From the NCBI GenBank assembly GCA_026770705.1, contig JANJGN010000003.1, positions 208,754,001 through 208,818,000 on the forward strand: a DNA stretch of 64,000 nt. The letters run 5' to 3'. Position numbers and translations under genes: made by a program. The notes beneath the pieces were generated by a model. It was given only the letters and a program-made list of their open reading frames with translations. It was not told the DNA's origin and did not search any database. Of this stretch, positions 13,943-25,735 are shown in pieces. The stretch's first letter is position 1, and every line of letters begins with the position of its first letter. This DNA comes from Isurus oxyrinchus. Taxonomy: Eukaryota.

Positions 13943-14747
13943 AGGCAGAATTTTTCCCTCAGTTGGAGGACGGGCCCCACTGGCTCGACGGTGGGCGGGT
14001 AGCTGAACTCCGTCGCCGAAATGGGGCCGGCCACCATTTTGAGTTGGCGGGCCAATTAAGGCCCATCCAGCGGCCTGCCTGACAGGAAGCGCTATGCGCT
14101 TCCTGTGCGGGGAAGGGAGGGATTCCCCATCTGTCTGCATTTGCACGAAAGAGTGCACTGCTCCCTGAGACTAATTGCTGTCTAAGCCAGTCCCAGGCTA
14201 AAGAAAAGACCCCAAAATCCAGGGGAATGGAACAAGAGAAAGTCCCAAGCAGACCTACTAGTCAAAAGAAGGACTGGAACCTGGAAAAGGTCCTGTTAAT
14301 TGAAGTTAAGAGTGAGGAGCAGAGAAAAGCTTAAAGAGATAAAGGCTTGTAAGAGGCCAGAAGGTCTGAAGAGACACTGTCACATGAGATGGGACATGTT
14401 AATAAATATGAGTGAAACTTTAATAAACTTTTTAAAAACAGATGAAACCTCATCCCGCCAACGGATGAGGTTTTATCTTTTTGCAGAAGCCCGCTGGGGC
14501 TCCTGGCCTGCCCGACAGCCTTAAGGTTGGCCGGGCAGGTAGTTAATTACTTTAATTAGCCTGTCAAAGGCCTCACTTGGCCATTGACAGGTCAGCGGGA
14601 GAGCAGCTGATTTAGCTGTTTGCCCGCCTTCCTAAAAATTTAAATGGACCGGGATGACGTCGGGGATTCCTCCCGAAGTCATCCCGCCTCATTTTCCCAT
14701 CGGCGCGCGGACCCCGCCCCCAAATCACCAACACGAACATTCTGCAG
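13943..14747. mobile_element. Harbinger-type MITE, copy 3, with a captured 189-bp insert
   Basis: aggcagaatttt ... aacattctgcag, TSD att/gtt; colinear with copy 1 except for 14185-14373. Confidence 0.8.
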
Positions 14748-14918
14748 GTTAAAGCTAAAACTCATTTCTAACAGCCACAAATATAAATATAACTTACTTA
14801 AACTATCTCTATTTTCTAATTCCTGCCATCTACCAATGGCTGTGAACCACCCAATCTTCAATATTACAGAGTTATGAATAATAATGTGTGATAATAAACA
14901 GACATTTTGTAATTCCAG

Positions 14919-15064
14919 GAGTCCAAAGGCTCATTACGGTGGCTCTGGAAGATGCTGTGAATGTTGATGAGATTCTTCACATTGAGTTTGGAAGCGGACT
15001 TGGATACAAACAACAGCTAACAATTGAAATGGACGATATTGGACAAGCTTTGCTTCAACAAATA
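14919..15064 (+). CDS. COL6A6-like: Collagen VI long chain exon, 146 bp: end of the last N-terminal vWA domain
   Basis: ttccag| ... |gtaagt; (G)VQRLITVALEDAVNVDEILHIEFGSGLGYKQQLTIEMDDIGQALLQQI resembles the collagen VI alpha3/alpha6 segment before the helix (LITVAL...IEFG.G..Y..QL). Exact paralogue not certain. Confidence 0.9.
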
Positions 15065-15329
15065 GTAAGTGATCCTGAGAAAAGTAAGGCAAGATTGATC
15101 TTTTGTACCTTTCTCTAAATAAAATGGAATTTGGAACAAAATGGCCCATTATATTCAGTGACATTTCAATATGCAGTTCGATTATTTCAAAGTTGGCGAT
15201 TATTCCTAATGTAGGTTCAGCAAATGTGTAATTTACGCTGACCCAGCATTTGCTGTTCAATGACTTAAGTATTTTGAGAAGCTAATCACACAATACATTC
15301 TGCTATTTAAAAAAATGTTTTGTTTGCAG

Positions 15330-15422
15330 AATGCAGCTTTGGAAACAAAATGTTGTAAAGCCGTTTGCACGTGCTTTGGAGAACCAGGTGTGATCGGTCT
15401 GCAAGGGAGCAAAGGACTGAAG
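15330..15422 (+). CDS. COL6A6-like: Collagen VI exon, 93 bp: Cys-rich linker and start of the triple helix
   Basis: tttgcag| NAALETKCCKAVCTCFGEPGVIGLQGSKGLK |gtaact; CCxxxCxC motif of long collagen VI chains. Confidence 0.93.
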
Positions 15423-15547
15423 GTAACTTAATTATATATTTCCATTTTTAACAGTTTCATGATAGATAACTACTCATTGGAATTTAGAAAGAAAAGTGCA
15501 GTGCCTTTTCTATTAATCACTTACTAGATCTGTTGATCTTGTTTTAG

Positions 15548-15601
15548 GGACAATCAGGTGTAAAGGGATTTCAAGGCTACCCAGGGGAAGAAGGAGGAGC
15601 A
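15548..15601 (+). CDS. COL6A6-like: Collagen VI Gly-X-Y exon, 54 bp
   Basis: ttttag| GQSGVKGFQGYPGEEGGA |gtaagt, phase 0. Confidence 0.93.
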
Positions 15602-16473
15602 GTAAGTTGGTACTTTTAATATATTTGAACTGCTCTTTTACATGATGTGAAGTGCGGCTGCTTGTGTTTGTTTCTGGGGTCTTTTATCAGGCAGCAGGTT
15701 AAAGAAAATTTTGATTTCTGTACAAAATGCACAGAAGAAAAGCCAATGCAGCTCACATTACTGGATAGTTTAAATACTTCCTTCCTGAAACTAAAATACT
15801 CATTAAATTCTGGTTACAGTGGGGCTGATTTTAACTTCTGTGCAGCCCATCTGTTTTGTGGACAAAGAGGCTGGAGGCACTGGCCTCACTTGACTTGGCC
15901 AAATGTGCAACCCAGTGTATCCCGCTGGACACAGGCCTGCCAGTATTGGGCATGTTCATGGCTGCCAACTCAACAGCAAGGTATATCCAGGATGGGTGAC
16001 CTATCATGATCATGGAGGAGGGGGGCTGGGGGGAGTCCAGTGCAGAAGAGCCCCAGATTATTTTTGTTGTGTTCTTCCCGATACACAAGTATGAATTAAA
16101 CCTTACTTTCCTAAGACATCTTCAGCTTTGTTGTCCATCAGACTATCGGAGAGCACACGGCATTTGTTCTGACCAGCATTTCCTAAAATAATAATCAGGG
16201 TCCTCTGTATGTCATGGGATTCCGACTTGCATCTCGTAAAGGACTTACTGCCTCAAAAGGCAGGTGCTTAGAGCAGCCAGTCATCACCCCTCTGAAATTG
16301 GCAGCAGGCTGATCATTGGCATTAACAGAATAATAAGTGCAGTTAAAAGATTCTAAAGTAAATGTGTAAATTCATTTGGTGTCTGATGACATTTAAATGG
16401 TTTTTTGAGTTTAGAATTTGAGCCACTCCAGGGTTATTCCAAAATACACTCATAAGATTTGTAATGACTATTC

Positions 16474-16487
16474 CTATATATATATAT

Positions 16488-16522
<35 letters not shown>

Positions 16523-16532
16523 ATATATATAT
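16474..16532. repeat. (TA)n microsatellite
   Basis: Imperfect TA run read directly. Confidence 0.9.
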
Positions 16533-17981
16533 GAGTATTGAGGGGAATAACTTAAAGAGGGTTTAATTATTTTGTTATTTTATGGGTGGTAACCTCCTGT
16601 TGGGCATGATTCATAACCGCCTACAGAGAGCAATTGCCAGATTTTGGTTATGTATTTTTGATAATGCTAGGACATTAGAGGAAATTGTTATGATATTGTC
16701 TAAGTTTGTATTTCTCTCCCACTGGATACCAAATAACAAACAGCTGGAAATAGTTGGTGATACATTCTAGTCCAGCCAGGAGCCAGATGGGTAAAAGTAT
16801 GTTTGCAGAAGCAACGCTATGCAGACTATGTCGCTTACCCAGGAAGTATATAGTGCCATGGTCAAGTGGATTTCCTTATTGATATAATTGAAGAACGCTA
16901 TGCTGGCTGTGCAAGTAGCAGCCAACAGTGCTTACTGCCTCCACATAGTCTTCAAGCAGGGTTACAAGTTTCTCCTCCACTGTGCCTAAATATCTTATAT
17001 TTCGTGTGCAAAGAAAATAAATTAGGAAACTGAGATTAAAAATGATCTTAGCTCACTCCTTCAGTTTGTGTTACAGTTTACTGCTGATTATTGTTGTTTC
17101 TTTATGTGGAAAAATTGAGTTATCCAATAATTTGAATTAAACCATGTACATAGTACATAGTTTCACACTTTTCTATGTTAAAACAAATTGAATTATCAAA
17201 TAATTTGAATTTGACATTTTGAATTATTAGGAGTAGACAACATGCAGAATCTGTGACCACGTTTGGAATGTTTGCATGATCACTGCATGGAGTCCATTTA
17301 TCATGAATCTGTATAAATTATCTTGTTAAGATGTACAAAGTATGTACAGATTAGAATCAGAATGTGACCAATTACAGAATTATCTAAAATAAAAATGGGT
17401 TTTTGTCTATAATAAAATTGACTTTTTGATTCCACTAATATAAGCCAGCTGCTTGTTGGCTGTACCGGCATTGAACCGCAGAGCTGAAATCTGTTTGTTA
17501 CTTGTCAAGGGAAAGCGAGAAACAGATTTTTTAAAAAAACCAGTGACATGCTCTGTGTACAAAGGCATGATTTTTACTTCAATGTGTTTTGTATTTTTAT
17601 ATTAGTTCAAGTGTCTGGGACAAAAAAATGACTCACTGTCGTTTAAAGCTGTTGATGGCTCAATTCCACCCACTTATCTGACTGAATGTCTTGCCGTAAT
17701 GGAAATATCCTTTTCGCTTTTTCCTCTGTGCTCAATTGGTCTGACCTCTACTGTTTGGTTGAATGCAACTGCATTTATCTTACTTCTTGAGCCAAAGATA
17801 TCTCCAAATGTCTGCTCAACAATGTTCAAATACGGCTGCAAACGCGGATTCCATAGCTGAAGTCATGACCCCATATGAACTTGTAGGCCAGTTGAGAGAA
17901 GGGAGGCTCTGGTATTACTGGGGGAACCTGGTAATAAGATCAGCAAGCCTGTCAGTGGCATTTTAAAGTTGCCAGCTCATT

Positions 17982-18674
17982 GAGCTGCATCTTACCTATG
18001 TTGGTGGGCTGGGCAGGAGCAAGTGGGGGCGGGCATGGAGCTGATTGCCACCCCTGATCGGCTGCGCACCACCATTTCACGCAGGCGGGCCAGTTAAGGC
18101 CCAGCCAGCATAACCCATGGCCAGTAGTGCTCAGCACTACCTGTGCGGGTGGTGGGGGAGGAGGGAGAGTCAGGGCCTGTGCTCTTTTGAACATATATGC
18201 GCGAAAGAGCACAACAATCTCCCTGAGGCACGGAGCTGCCTCAGGGAGATTAAGTGGATAATAAAAGTTTTATTAAAAATAAAGTGAAATATTATTTAAA
18301 CATGTCCCTTCATGTGACAGTGTCACATGAGCTGGGACATGTTTGTGAAGTTGACAAAATTTTATTTATTAATTTTATAAAACCTTCAGGACATCTCATC
18401 CCGCCCGTGGATTAGGTTTCCTGAAAACGTGAAGGCCGCTTGGGCTCTTCGCCTGTCCACCAACCTTAAGGTTGGATGGGCAGTATTGTTAGTAAGGTAA
18501 ATTGCTTTCTTAATGGCCTTAAAAGGCCATTGAGAGTTCGGCGGGCGCGCAGCTACCTCCGGCGTGTGCCCACCAAACACAATATTGAAATGACGTATGA
18601 TGACGCCATCTTGTGGCATTTTACACATCGGTGAGTCGGGCCAGCCCCTGCACGCCGACGGCAATATTCTGCCC
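17982..18674. mobile_element. Harbinger-type MITE, copy 4
   Basis: gagctgcatctt ... aatattctgccc, TSD ATT/ATT, best-preserved hairpin array. Confidence 0.85.
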
Positions 18675-19153
18675 ATTATCATTTTATTTCCAGGTGTCAA
18701 TGATGCGGCAGCTGATATGATACAATCTAAACTTCGGTTGTTAGGACAAGGTCAGAAGGGGTGAACTGGCTCTCCTCTTTTCACTTAGTGACAATAAAGG
18801 TTTAAGTTCCTTTTTCATGAGAATCTGCCTTTTCCAAATCAGAATTTATTTAACTATTTAAGATGTGAGCAATAAGAAGCCAATCAAATAAGGGGTGGAA
18901 TGATCCAAGGTTTTCACTAAGTGTGGTAGCGGGCAGGTAAAATGACGTTTTACCCGTCAACCACAATGGCGGCTTCTCACACCGTATAGTCCCAAACCCG
19001 CCGCATTAATTATACACTCCTGGGAAACATGCCGTGGGCTCTCATTCACCTGCCGCATCATTACCTCGCCGCTTCATCATGCTGGGCATATTTAAAGTGC
19101 AGCCACGTGCACAAATCTCAGTGCTTCCAGCCCAGGAGTGCTGCATGGAAGAC

Positions 19154-21730
19154 ATGGCCTCGAAAGGCAAAAAGACTGCAGGTTCAATGATGCATCCCTC
19201 CAGCATCTTTTGGATGGCATGGAGGCCCACCATGATGTCCTTTACCTCCGCTCTGGCTGCAGGATGGGCAGCAACATCACCAATCCAGCTTGGGAGGTGG
19301 TGGCAGCGGTGGTCAGCGCCAACACCCTGCAAAGGAGGATAGTCATCCAGTGCTGCAAGAGGATGAATGATCTCCTCCATTCTGCCAGGGTAAATCACTC
19401 TTCTCATCACTCTCAACTCACACACTCACAAACCACAGGGCCCTCACTCACTGCTGGTTCAAGGGACACCACCATTCACTCTCTTACACGCACTTTCATT
19501 GTTCTCATCCTGTCCATGCGTTGGGCCCAGGACATAGTGTCCTAGGCCCAACCATCTTCAGCTGCTTCATCAATGACCTTCCTTCCATCATAAGGTCAGA
19601 AGTGGGGATGTTCACTGATGATTGTTCAGCACCATTCGCGACTCTTCAGATACTGAAGCAGTCCATGTCCAAATGCAGCAAGACCTGGGTAATATCCAGG
19701 CTTGGGCTGACAAATAACAAGTAACATTCACGCCACACAAGTGCCAGGCAATGACTATCTCCAACAAGAGAGAATTCCGTGATATTCAATGGCATTACCA
19801 TCACTGAATCCCCCACTATCAACATTCTGGGGTTTACCATTGACCAGAAACTGAACTGGACTAGCCATATAAAAAATGTGGCTACAAGAGCAGGTCAGAG
19901 GCTAGAAATCCTGCGATGAGTAACTCACCTCCTGACTCCCCAAAGCCTGTCCACCATCTACAAGGCACAAGTCAGGAGTGTGATGGAATACCCCTTACTT
20001 GCCTGGATGAATGCAGCTCCCACAACACCCAAGAAGCTTGACACCATCAAGGACAAAGCAGTCCACTTGATTGGCACCACATCCACATCCACAAACATTC
20101 ACTCCCTCCACCACCAACGCATAGTAGCAGCAGTGTGCACCATCTACAAGATGAACTGCAAGAATTCACCAGGGCTCCATAGACAGCACCTTCCAAACCC
20201 ACGACCATCTCTAAGGACAAGGGCAGCAGCTAGATGGGAATACCACCATCTGGAAGTTCCCCTCCAAGTCACTCACCATCCTGACTTGGAAATATATTAC
20301 CGTCCCTCACTGTTGGGTCAAAATCCTGGAACTTCCTAACAGCACTGTGGATGTACCTACACCACATGGACTGCAGCAGTTCAAGAGAGCAGCTCACCAC
20401 CACCTTGTCAAGGGCAACTAGGGATGGGCAATAAATGCTGGCCCAGCCAGCGAAGCCGACATCCTGTGAATGAATAAAAAAAACTCACCACCCACATATG
20501 CCAGGCATACTTATCGTCTGGCCTGGCAGGCATCCTGCTTACATTCTCTCCATTTCTATTCATGCGGGACAAGCTGGCACACAACAAGAAGGAGAGGTCG
20601 CAGACTGATGGAGGAATGCCTGAAGTCAAGGCACAGACTTTGAAAACAGAGCCATCCAGCTGGCTGTTGAGGATCTGGACTGGTCCTGTGCTTACGGTGA
20701 GGTTGGCATGCTCTATCAATGAGGATCCATCAGTGCAACATCCATTGGACAACCATGCTGTGAGCGATGTGCCCTGTTTCATAGGCCACTGCCATGCGCA
20801 AATTATCTCTCCTTGCCAATGGAGTCCACAATCTAGGCCTCCACTCAAGCCTTGAAGAAGCCTCTGAAGAGGAATCTGAAGGCACCCTCCTTGAAGTCCC
20901 ATCACAGTGCTCACCCACACCCTCCACCAGTGCTGAGACACACACATCGGTGGGACCCAGCTTTAGAGCAGCCTTGGGATCACAATCTGGTGTGCACCGC
21001 ACTTTCTGATCCACAGCAGGCGGCAGAGGGACCTCCCAGGTCCCTGGCACCCAGTGGACTACCAGAGGCCAGAAATCTGCTGAGTCCATGTCAGATAATG
21101 AGTCTTCTGACTTGGTCATGTCACAGTTGCTGGAGCAGTAAAGGCAAGCTTGGGAAAATCAGGAAGGGATGTCTGCTGCACTCCTCAGATTGCAAGGCAC
21201 AATGGAGGAGTCCGTCCGCCTTCTGGTAGAGGCGATAGCACCATCATACCAACGCACCGAGGTCAACACTGGTAGGATGGCAACCCCCGTGGAGATCTTG
21301 GTCCAGGATCTCGCTCCTGCACTGCTGCATGATGTTACACCATTGACAATACCATAGTTGGCCTCCAACAATGTGTATGTAAGAGGGGTGCAGGGTAGCT
21401 TGATCTCACTCCAGCTACCTCTTCTCCTCAAGGATTCAGCTGGGGGCTATCAGGCGCCCATAGAGAGGAGGAACAGCTGGTGTATCCCCCAGGGCCATCC
21501 GCCCAGGTGATTCCGGCAGTGTCTGGCCCATCCGAATCCCCCCTTTTATGGCCACCGCAGCTCCAGCTCCACAGACCGAGGACAGTACCACTGCCACACA
21601 GCAGAACACTGAAAGCAGTCCGGGCCCTCCAGATCTTGACCCACCAGAGGATGCCCACCGAGGTCATCACAGACAGGGCATAGCAGTCAACAGGCTGCCT
21701 CCACCTCCACTGTGGATGTCCAGGGAACAC
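19154..21730 (+). pseudogene. Harbinger Myb/SANT-like gene, multi-exon, decayed
   Basis: MASKGKKT/RFNDASLQHLLDG...PAWEVVAAVVSAN...QCCKRMNDLLHSAR|gt at 19390; resumes at 20568 with DKLAHNKKERSQTDGG, then acidic/Ser-rich and coiled-coil-like pieces (MSAALLRLQGTMEES). Confidence 0.75.
19521..20483 (+). mobile_element. 5'-truncated CR1/L2-group LINE inside the Harbinger Myb intron
   Basis: SVLGPTIFSCFINDLPSIIRSEVGMFTDDC; MEY.PLAWMNAAPTT.KKLDTI.DKA; tail gtgaatgaataaaaaaaa. Confidence 0.88.
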
Positions 21731-22429
21731 AGCCAGGGCATGGGGGTTAATCACTTGTCCATAATGTTCATGATTGTAAATAAACGCCCAAGAAAGTCTC
21801 CCTGCCTTTGGCTCCTTGTTCTGATGAGCAGTGTTTGTGTCACTCAGATGTGAAACCTTTCTGCACAAGATAAAGACAGGTGTCTTAGTCCAGGGCCACT
21901 TCCATGTGCTTTGTGCAGCCTTCAGACCAAAGTGATGGTCCGGCCTCATAATCCCCGGACACCTTAGTGATGTTTGGACCTTAACGGTGCTTGTCATTGT
22001 TGCCAGAATGTAGCGGGCAGAGTGCTCTCATTCTTTCTGTGTGCTCTCAACACCTTTAAAGGTGGAACTGCCCCCCATCTCTTCAGCATCTGGGACCAGT
22101 GATTCTGTGCTCCTGAAGGGGTCAGGTGCTTTTAAAGATTCATGGCTACACCTCCATGATATCACCCTGATCACAGAGCACCAAGTGAGCTGCCCTCAGC
22201 CAGACAGGAGTCAGACATTCACAGAGGCTATGTGACGATCTGTGGAGTGTCCTCACTGCATGCTGTCATCATCCTCCTGGAATCGAGTGACTATTCGAGC
22301 TTCCACTGTGTCTCAATGACAGGAGCATTATCACAGAGGGTATGCGCGCTGCCATAAGCTAGATTGGAGTCAAACGTTCACAGGTGCATTGTGAGGATCC
22401 ATGGTGTCACCTCACTGTATGTTGTCATC

Positions 22430-23771
22430 ATCCTCTGCAAATCTGGCAGCTATGGGGTCTCCTGAGTGCACCTGCCTCGTCTAGCCAGTGCAAGGGCCTC
22501 ATCACCATCGAGGACCTCCTCACCCTCATCCACATCGATATCCTCCTCGTCAGGAGACCTCCAGCTCCTCCATCTCCTCCTCAGCCAGCTCTTCTCCCTG
22601 TTGCAGCACCAGGTTGTAATGGGCACAGCAGGCGACGATGATGCGTGAACCCCTCTCTGGACTATATTGCAAGGCTCCACCAAACCAGTCCAGACACTGG
22701 AACCTCATTTTCAGCATCCCGAATGTTTGTTCCATCAAGTTGCGAGTTGCAGCATGAGCTTAATTTTATCTTCACTCTGCTGCAGTTTCAAACCGCCGTA
22801 GGGGTGTCATCAGCCACATCCTCTGTGGTAGCCCTTGTCTCTGAGGAGCCATCCTGAAGCCTCTGTGGATCCTGGAAGATGTTTCAGATTGTGACTTACT
22901 TTGGCAGTGCACATAACCTCTGTGCAAATGCTCCTGTCGTTGAGACGCAGTGGAGGCCCTAATAGTCACTCGATTGTAGGAGGATGATGACAACATGCAG
23001 TGAGGACACTCCACAGATCTTCACATAGTCTCTGTGAATATCTGTTCCTGTCTGGGTGAGGGCAGCTGACTTGTGCTCTGTGATCAGGGTCAGACCTGCA
23101 GGGTGCATTTGTGGAGGTCACACACCAGCTCCACATTCAATGAATGGAAGCCCTTGCGTTGACAAAATTGATCCCTTGTTGCGATAGAGTTCTGAGCAGT
23201 CTATTGCACCCCTGCATCTGTGGGAAACCTGAGATCTGAGCAAATCGAATCGCTCTTGTATCCTGGCACTCTTGGTCCTGGGCGAAATGCAGAAAGTCGT
23301 GTGACCTCGTGAAGCTGGCATCCGTGACCTCATGGATGCAATTGTGGGTGGAGGCTTATGATATCCCACAGAGGTCACCTGTGGAGCCCTGAAAGGAGCC
23401 ACTGGCATTAAAATTGAGTACAACAATCACTTTCATGGCCCCTAGACATGGATGTCCTCCATGTACACGTGGCGCCAAATCCTGCTGTAGCAGTTACTGA
23501 CTAGTTCCCTAGACGTGCACTGTCTTCATTAATACTGGGTGAGCATCATCTGCATGAATGAAAGGCAGCATCTATCGACCCTTGGTTTAGTTAAGTGCCA
23601 ACCAACAATGGCTTGCTGTGGCTCTTTAGTGGTGTGTGCAGGAGCCCCTGCCACCCCTTCTTGATGGTTCTGATCCTTCCTCTGCTCAGCCAGGCACCTC
23701 CATCGCACTCTTCTCTGTCGTCTCTGCTCTCTGTACGCCAGGAGGCATACAGTTAGTTCACCTGGCTCCAT
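22430..23771 (-). pseudogene. Harbinger (HARBI1-like) transposase, decayed
   Basis: KGFHSLNVELVCD near 23120-23160; EQTFGMLKMRFQCLDWFGGALQYSPERGSRIIVACCAHYN followed by an acidic tail. Confidence 0.85.
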
Positions 23772-25222
23772 GCTGCTGATGTCCTCCTCCTGCAGGATGA
23801 AAGAGAGAGACACATATGTTATCTTGGTTATACTAAGAACCTCTCTTGGTTAAGTCTGAAGTCCCCTTAACGCATCCCGGAGAATGCTGGAAGCCAGTTG
23901 GATGGCCAAAGTCTAGTGTGTTGCCTGGCTGCCCAAAACCCCAACGATTTGTGCCCCAGCTGGGCGGAAGGGGATGCTTCTGGTGGGCTGGCCTTATAAT
24001 GGTTTGCAGATGTGTTGCAATGAGGTTCCCAATGTCCAATGGTGGGAAATGTGGCCCGCCATCGACGGGCTGAACGGTCGACCGCAAACAACATAGTGAA
24101 ACCGATTTCTGGCCTTCTCGCCATTTAGTCCGCTCCCTGACGCCACCGGGCACAGAAGATTCTGCTTAAAGTTTTCCTGAGTCAAAGCAAGAGCAAAATC
24201 ATTAACCACTGAACCTGAGAAAAATAATAAAAACGTGATGTCAAGCATTTGACCTTCATGCAATCATTTGGACACACATACACACACACATATCAGAGAT
24301 AAGGGGAGTTAAGAGTCTAATAAAAAAAAGTAGAAGAATATTCAGTTAAGTGTCCTTTGATTGTCCTTGAGGCAAGGATTTTAAACACTATAACTGATTT
24401 AGGTTAGCTGTTTCTTGGATGTGGTCAGAGGTAGAGCTGTTGCAATTATCATGAGATCTCAGTGCGCTGGTAGGTTTTTGGTAGAATTGGCTTCTTGTAC
24501 CAGATGACACACTTATTCCAGAAGAGAAAGGTGGAGAGAGAGCAGCCTTCAGCCCATTTCCTCTGGTGAAGACTTTATTTACACTGCCTGTGTCATTTGC
24601 AATCTATCTCAAGTGGCTGGCCAGCCTTGCCTTGAAATACTTCACCCATTGTATGTTTCCAAGAGGTTTAGGGTGTGTCTGTCTGTGGCAACCATTGTTT
24701 CAATATCCAGTACTTTGCACTTTTTATATCAATTCCTTAGACACTTACAAGTTTCAATAGGCGTCTGGTTAATAGGAAATGTCTCTCTCTTCACGTTCCC
24801 CTGAGGGTGATTTGTTTGTCTCCTGTCTTCACCTTGGAATGTGGGCTTGCATCTTTAAGCAATTTGCTTTGTCTCAGTTCATATTGCGAAATTTCCACTC
24901 GGTTGAAAGTTGAAAAAACATATTTTCAAAAAGCGTAAAGGAGCATAACTTTGTGGCACAGTATTTGAAGGATCAATCTAAAAGATAGAATTTGGAGGAG
25001 TTTGAGTTGGAAATGGGAGAGATACAGTGTGAATTGTGGATGCCTCCCAGATGTACTGCTGGGGGTTGTGAGAAGCGGGAGAGAGATATTCTTCCCCTGC
25101 AAAGGGAGGAAGAAACCTGCTTCTGAATACCTGGCTGGAGGTGGCCAACGAGGTCATCAGCATTGTTCCACTTTCCGGGATTCAATGCAGTGTTGGGATT
25201 TGGACTCTATACTAAACCCCGG

Positions 25223-25735
25223 TGTAAGAAAATTCTTGTCAAGGATTAACCTTATTGGCAAAAAGGGCAATCACTAATTTAGTATGCAAGCTAACAAGGT
25301 TTATTGAACAGCAAAGATTAATACTCAACCTTTAATCAAGGCATGGCATGAGAAACTGTCTTTCCCATGGATTCTGGGACTTCTGGAGATTTCCCTTCTT
25401 CTTGGCTCCTGAACCTGGGCTCTTGACTTATGACGTCCTTCGAGATTTTTAACTTAGTCAAATTGACTCTAACATACATGCAAAACCCCTTTGTAGCTTT
25501 AAGACTTCAACTCTAATTTCCCAGTCTACCTTATGCCCCAGCCATAATTCCACATGTTCTTTCTTAAAGCTATGTTAGAGTGTTTTGGCACGTCAATATA
25601 TGCCAACTTAAAGACTTAACAACTTCCTAATAATACATATGAATTAAGGCTTTTCATCACCAAGCTTATGAACAGTACAATTTGATAACTTAAGCCTTAT
25701 TAATTACAAATGTGTCAACGAGGTGAAGTCTAACA
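25223..25735 (-). repeat. 3' LTR of that element with adjacent polypurine tract
   Basis: TGT...ACA termini; minus strand reads gaggtggggaatc directly before TGTTAGA; AATAAA on minus near 25300. Confidence 0.65.

Larger units (their letters stand above)
12055..14773 (-). mobile_element. Solo LTR interrupted by two MITEs
   Basis: TGTTA...TAACA termini; sequence rejoins across both MITEs; resembles the solo LTR at 57388-58390. No clear TSD. Confidence 0.55.
18893..24167. mobile_element. Near full-length PIF/Harbinger transposon relic with convergent Myb/SANT and transposase genes
   Basis: Both ends align with the shorter copy at 53105-54329; Myb-like gene on +, DDE transposase on -. Confidence 0.85.

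Noticed and set aside
1-14918. Preceding collagen VI vWA exon
   Set aside because: Looked for a short exon with a F(T/S)DG-type motif and splice sites; none convincing, so it probably lies upstream of the window.
18748-24960. Solo LTR hosting the large Harbinger; also LTR-like pieces at ~30.5-31.2 kb and ~62.1-62.9 kb
   Set aside because: Composition is suggestive, but I could not fix both termini or a TSD, so they are not listed as features.
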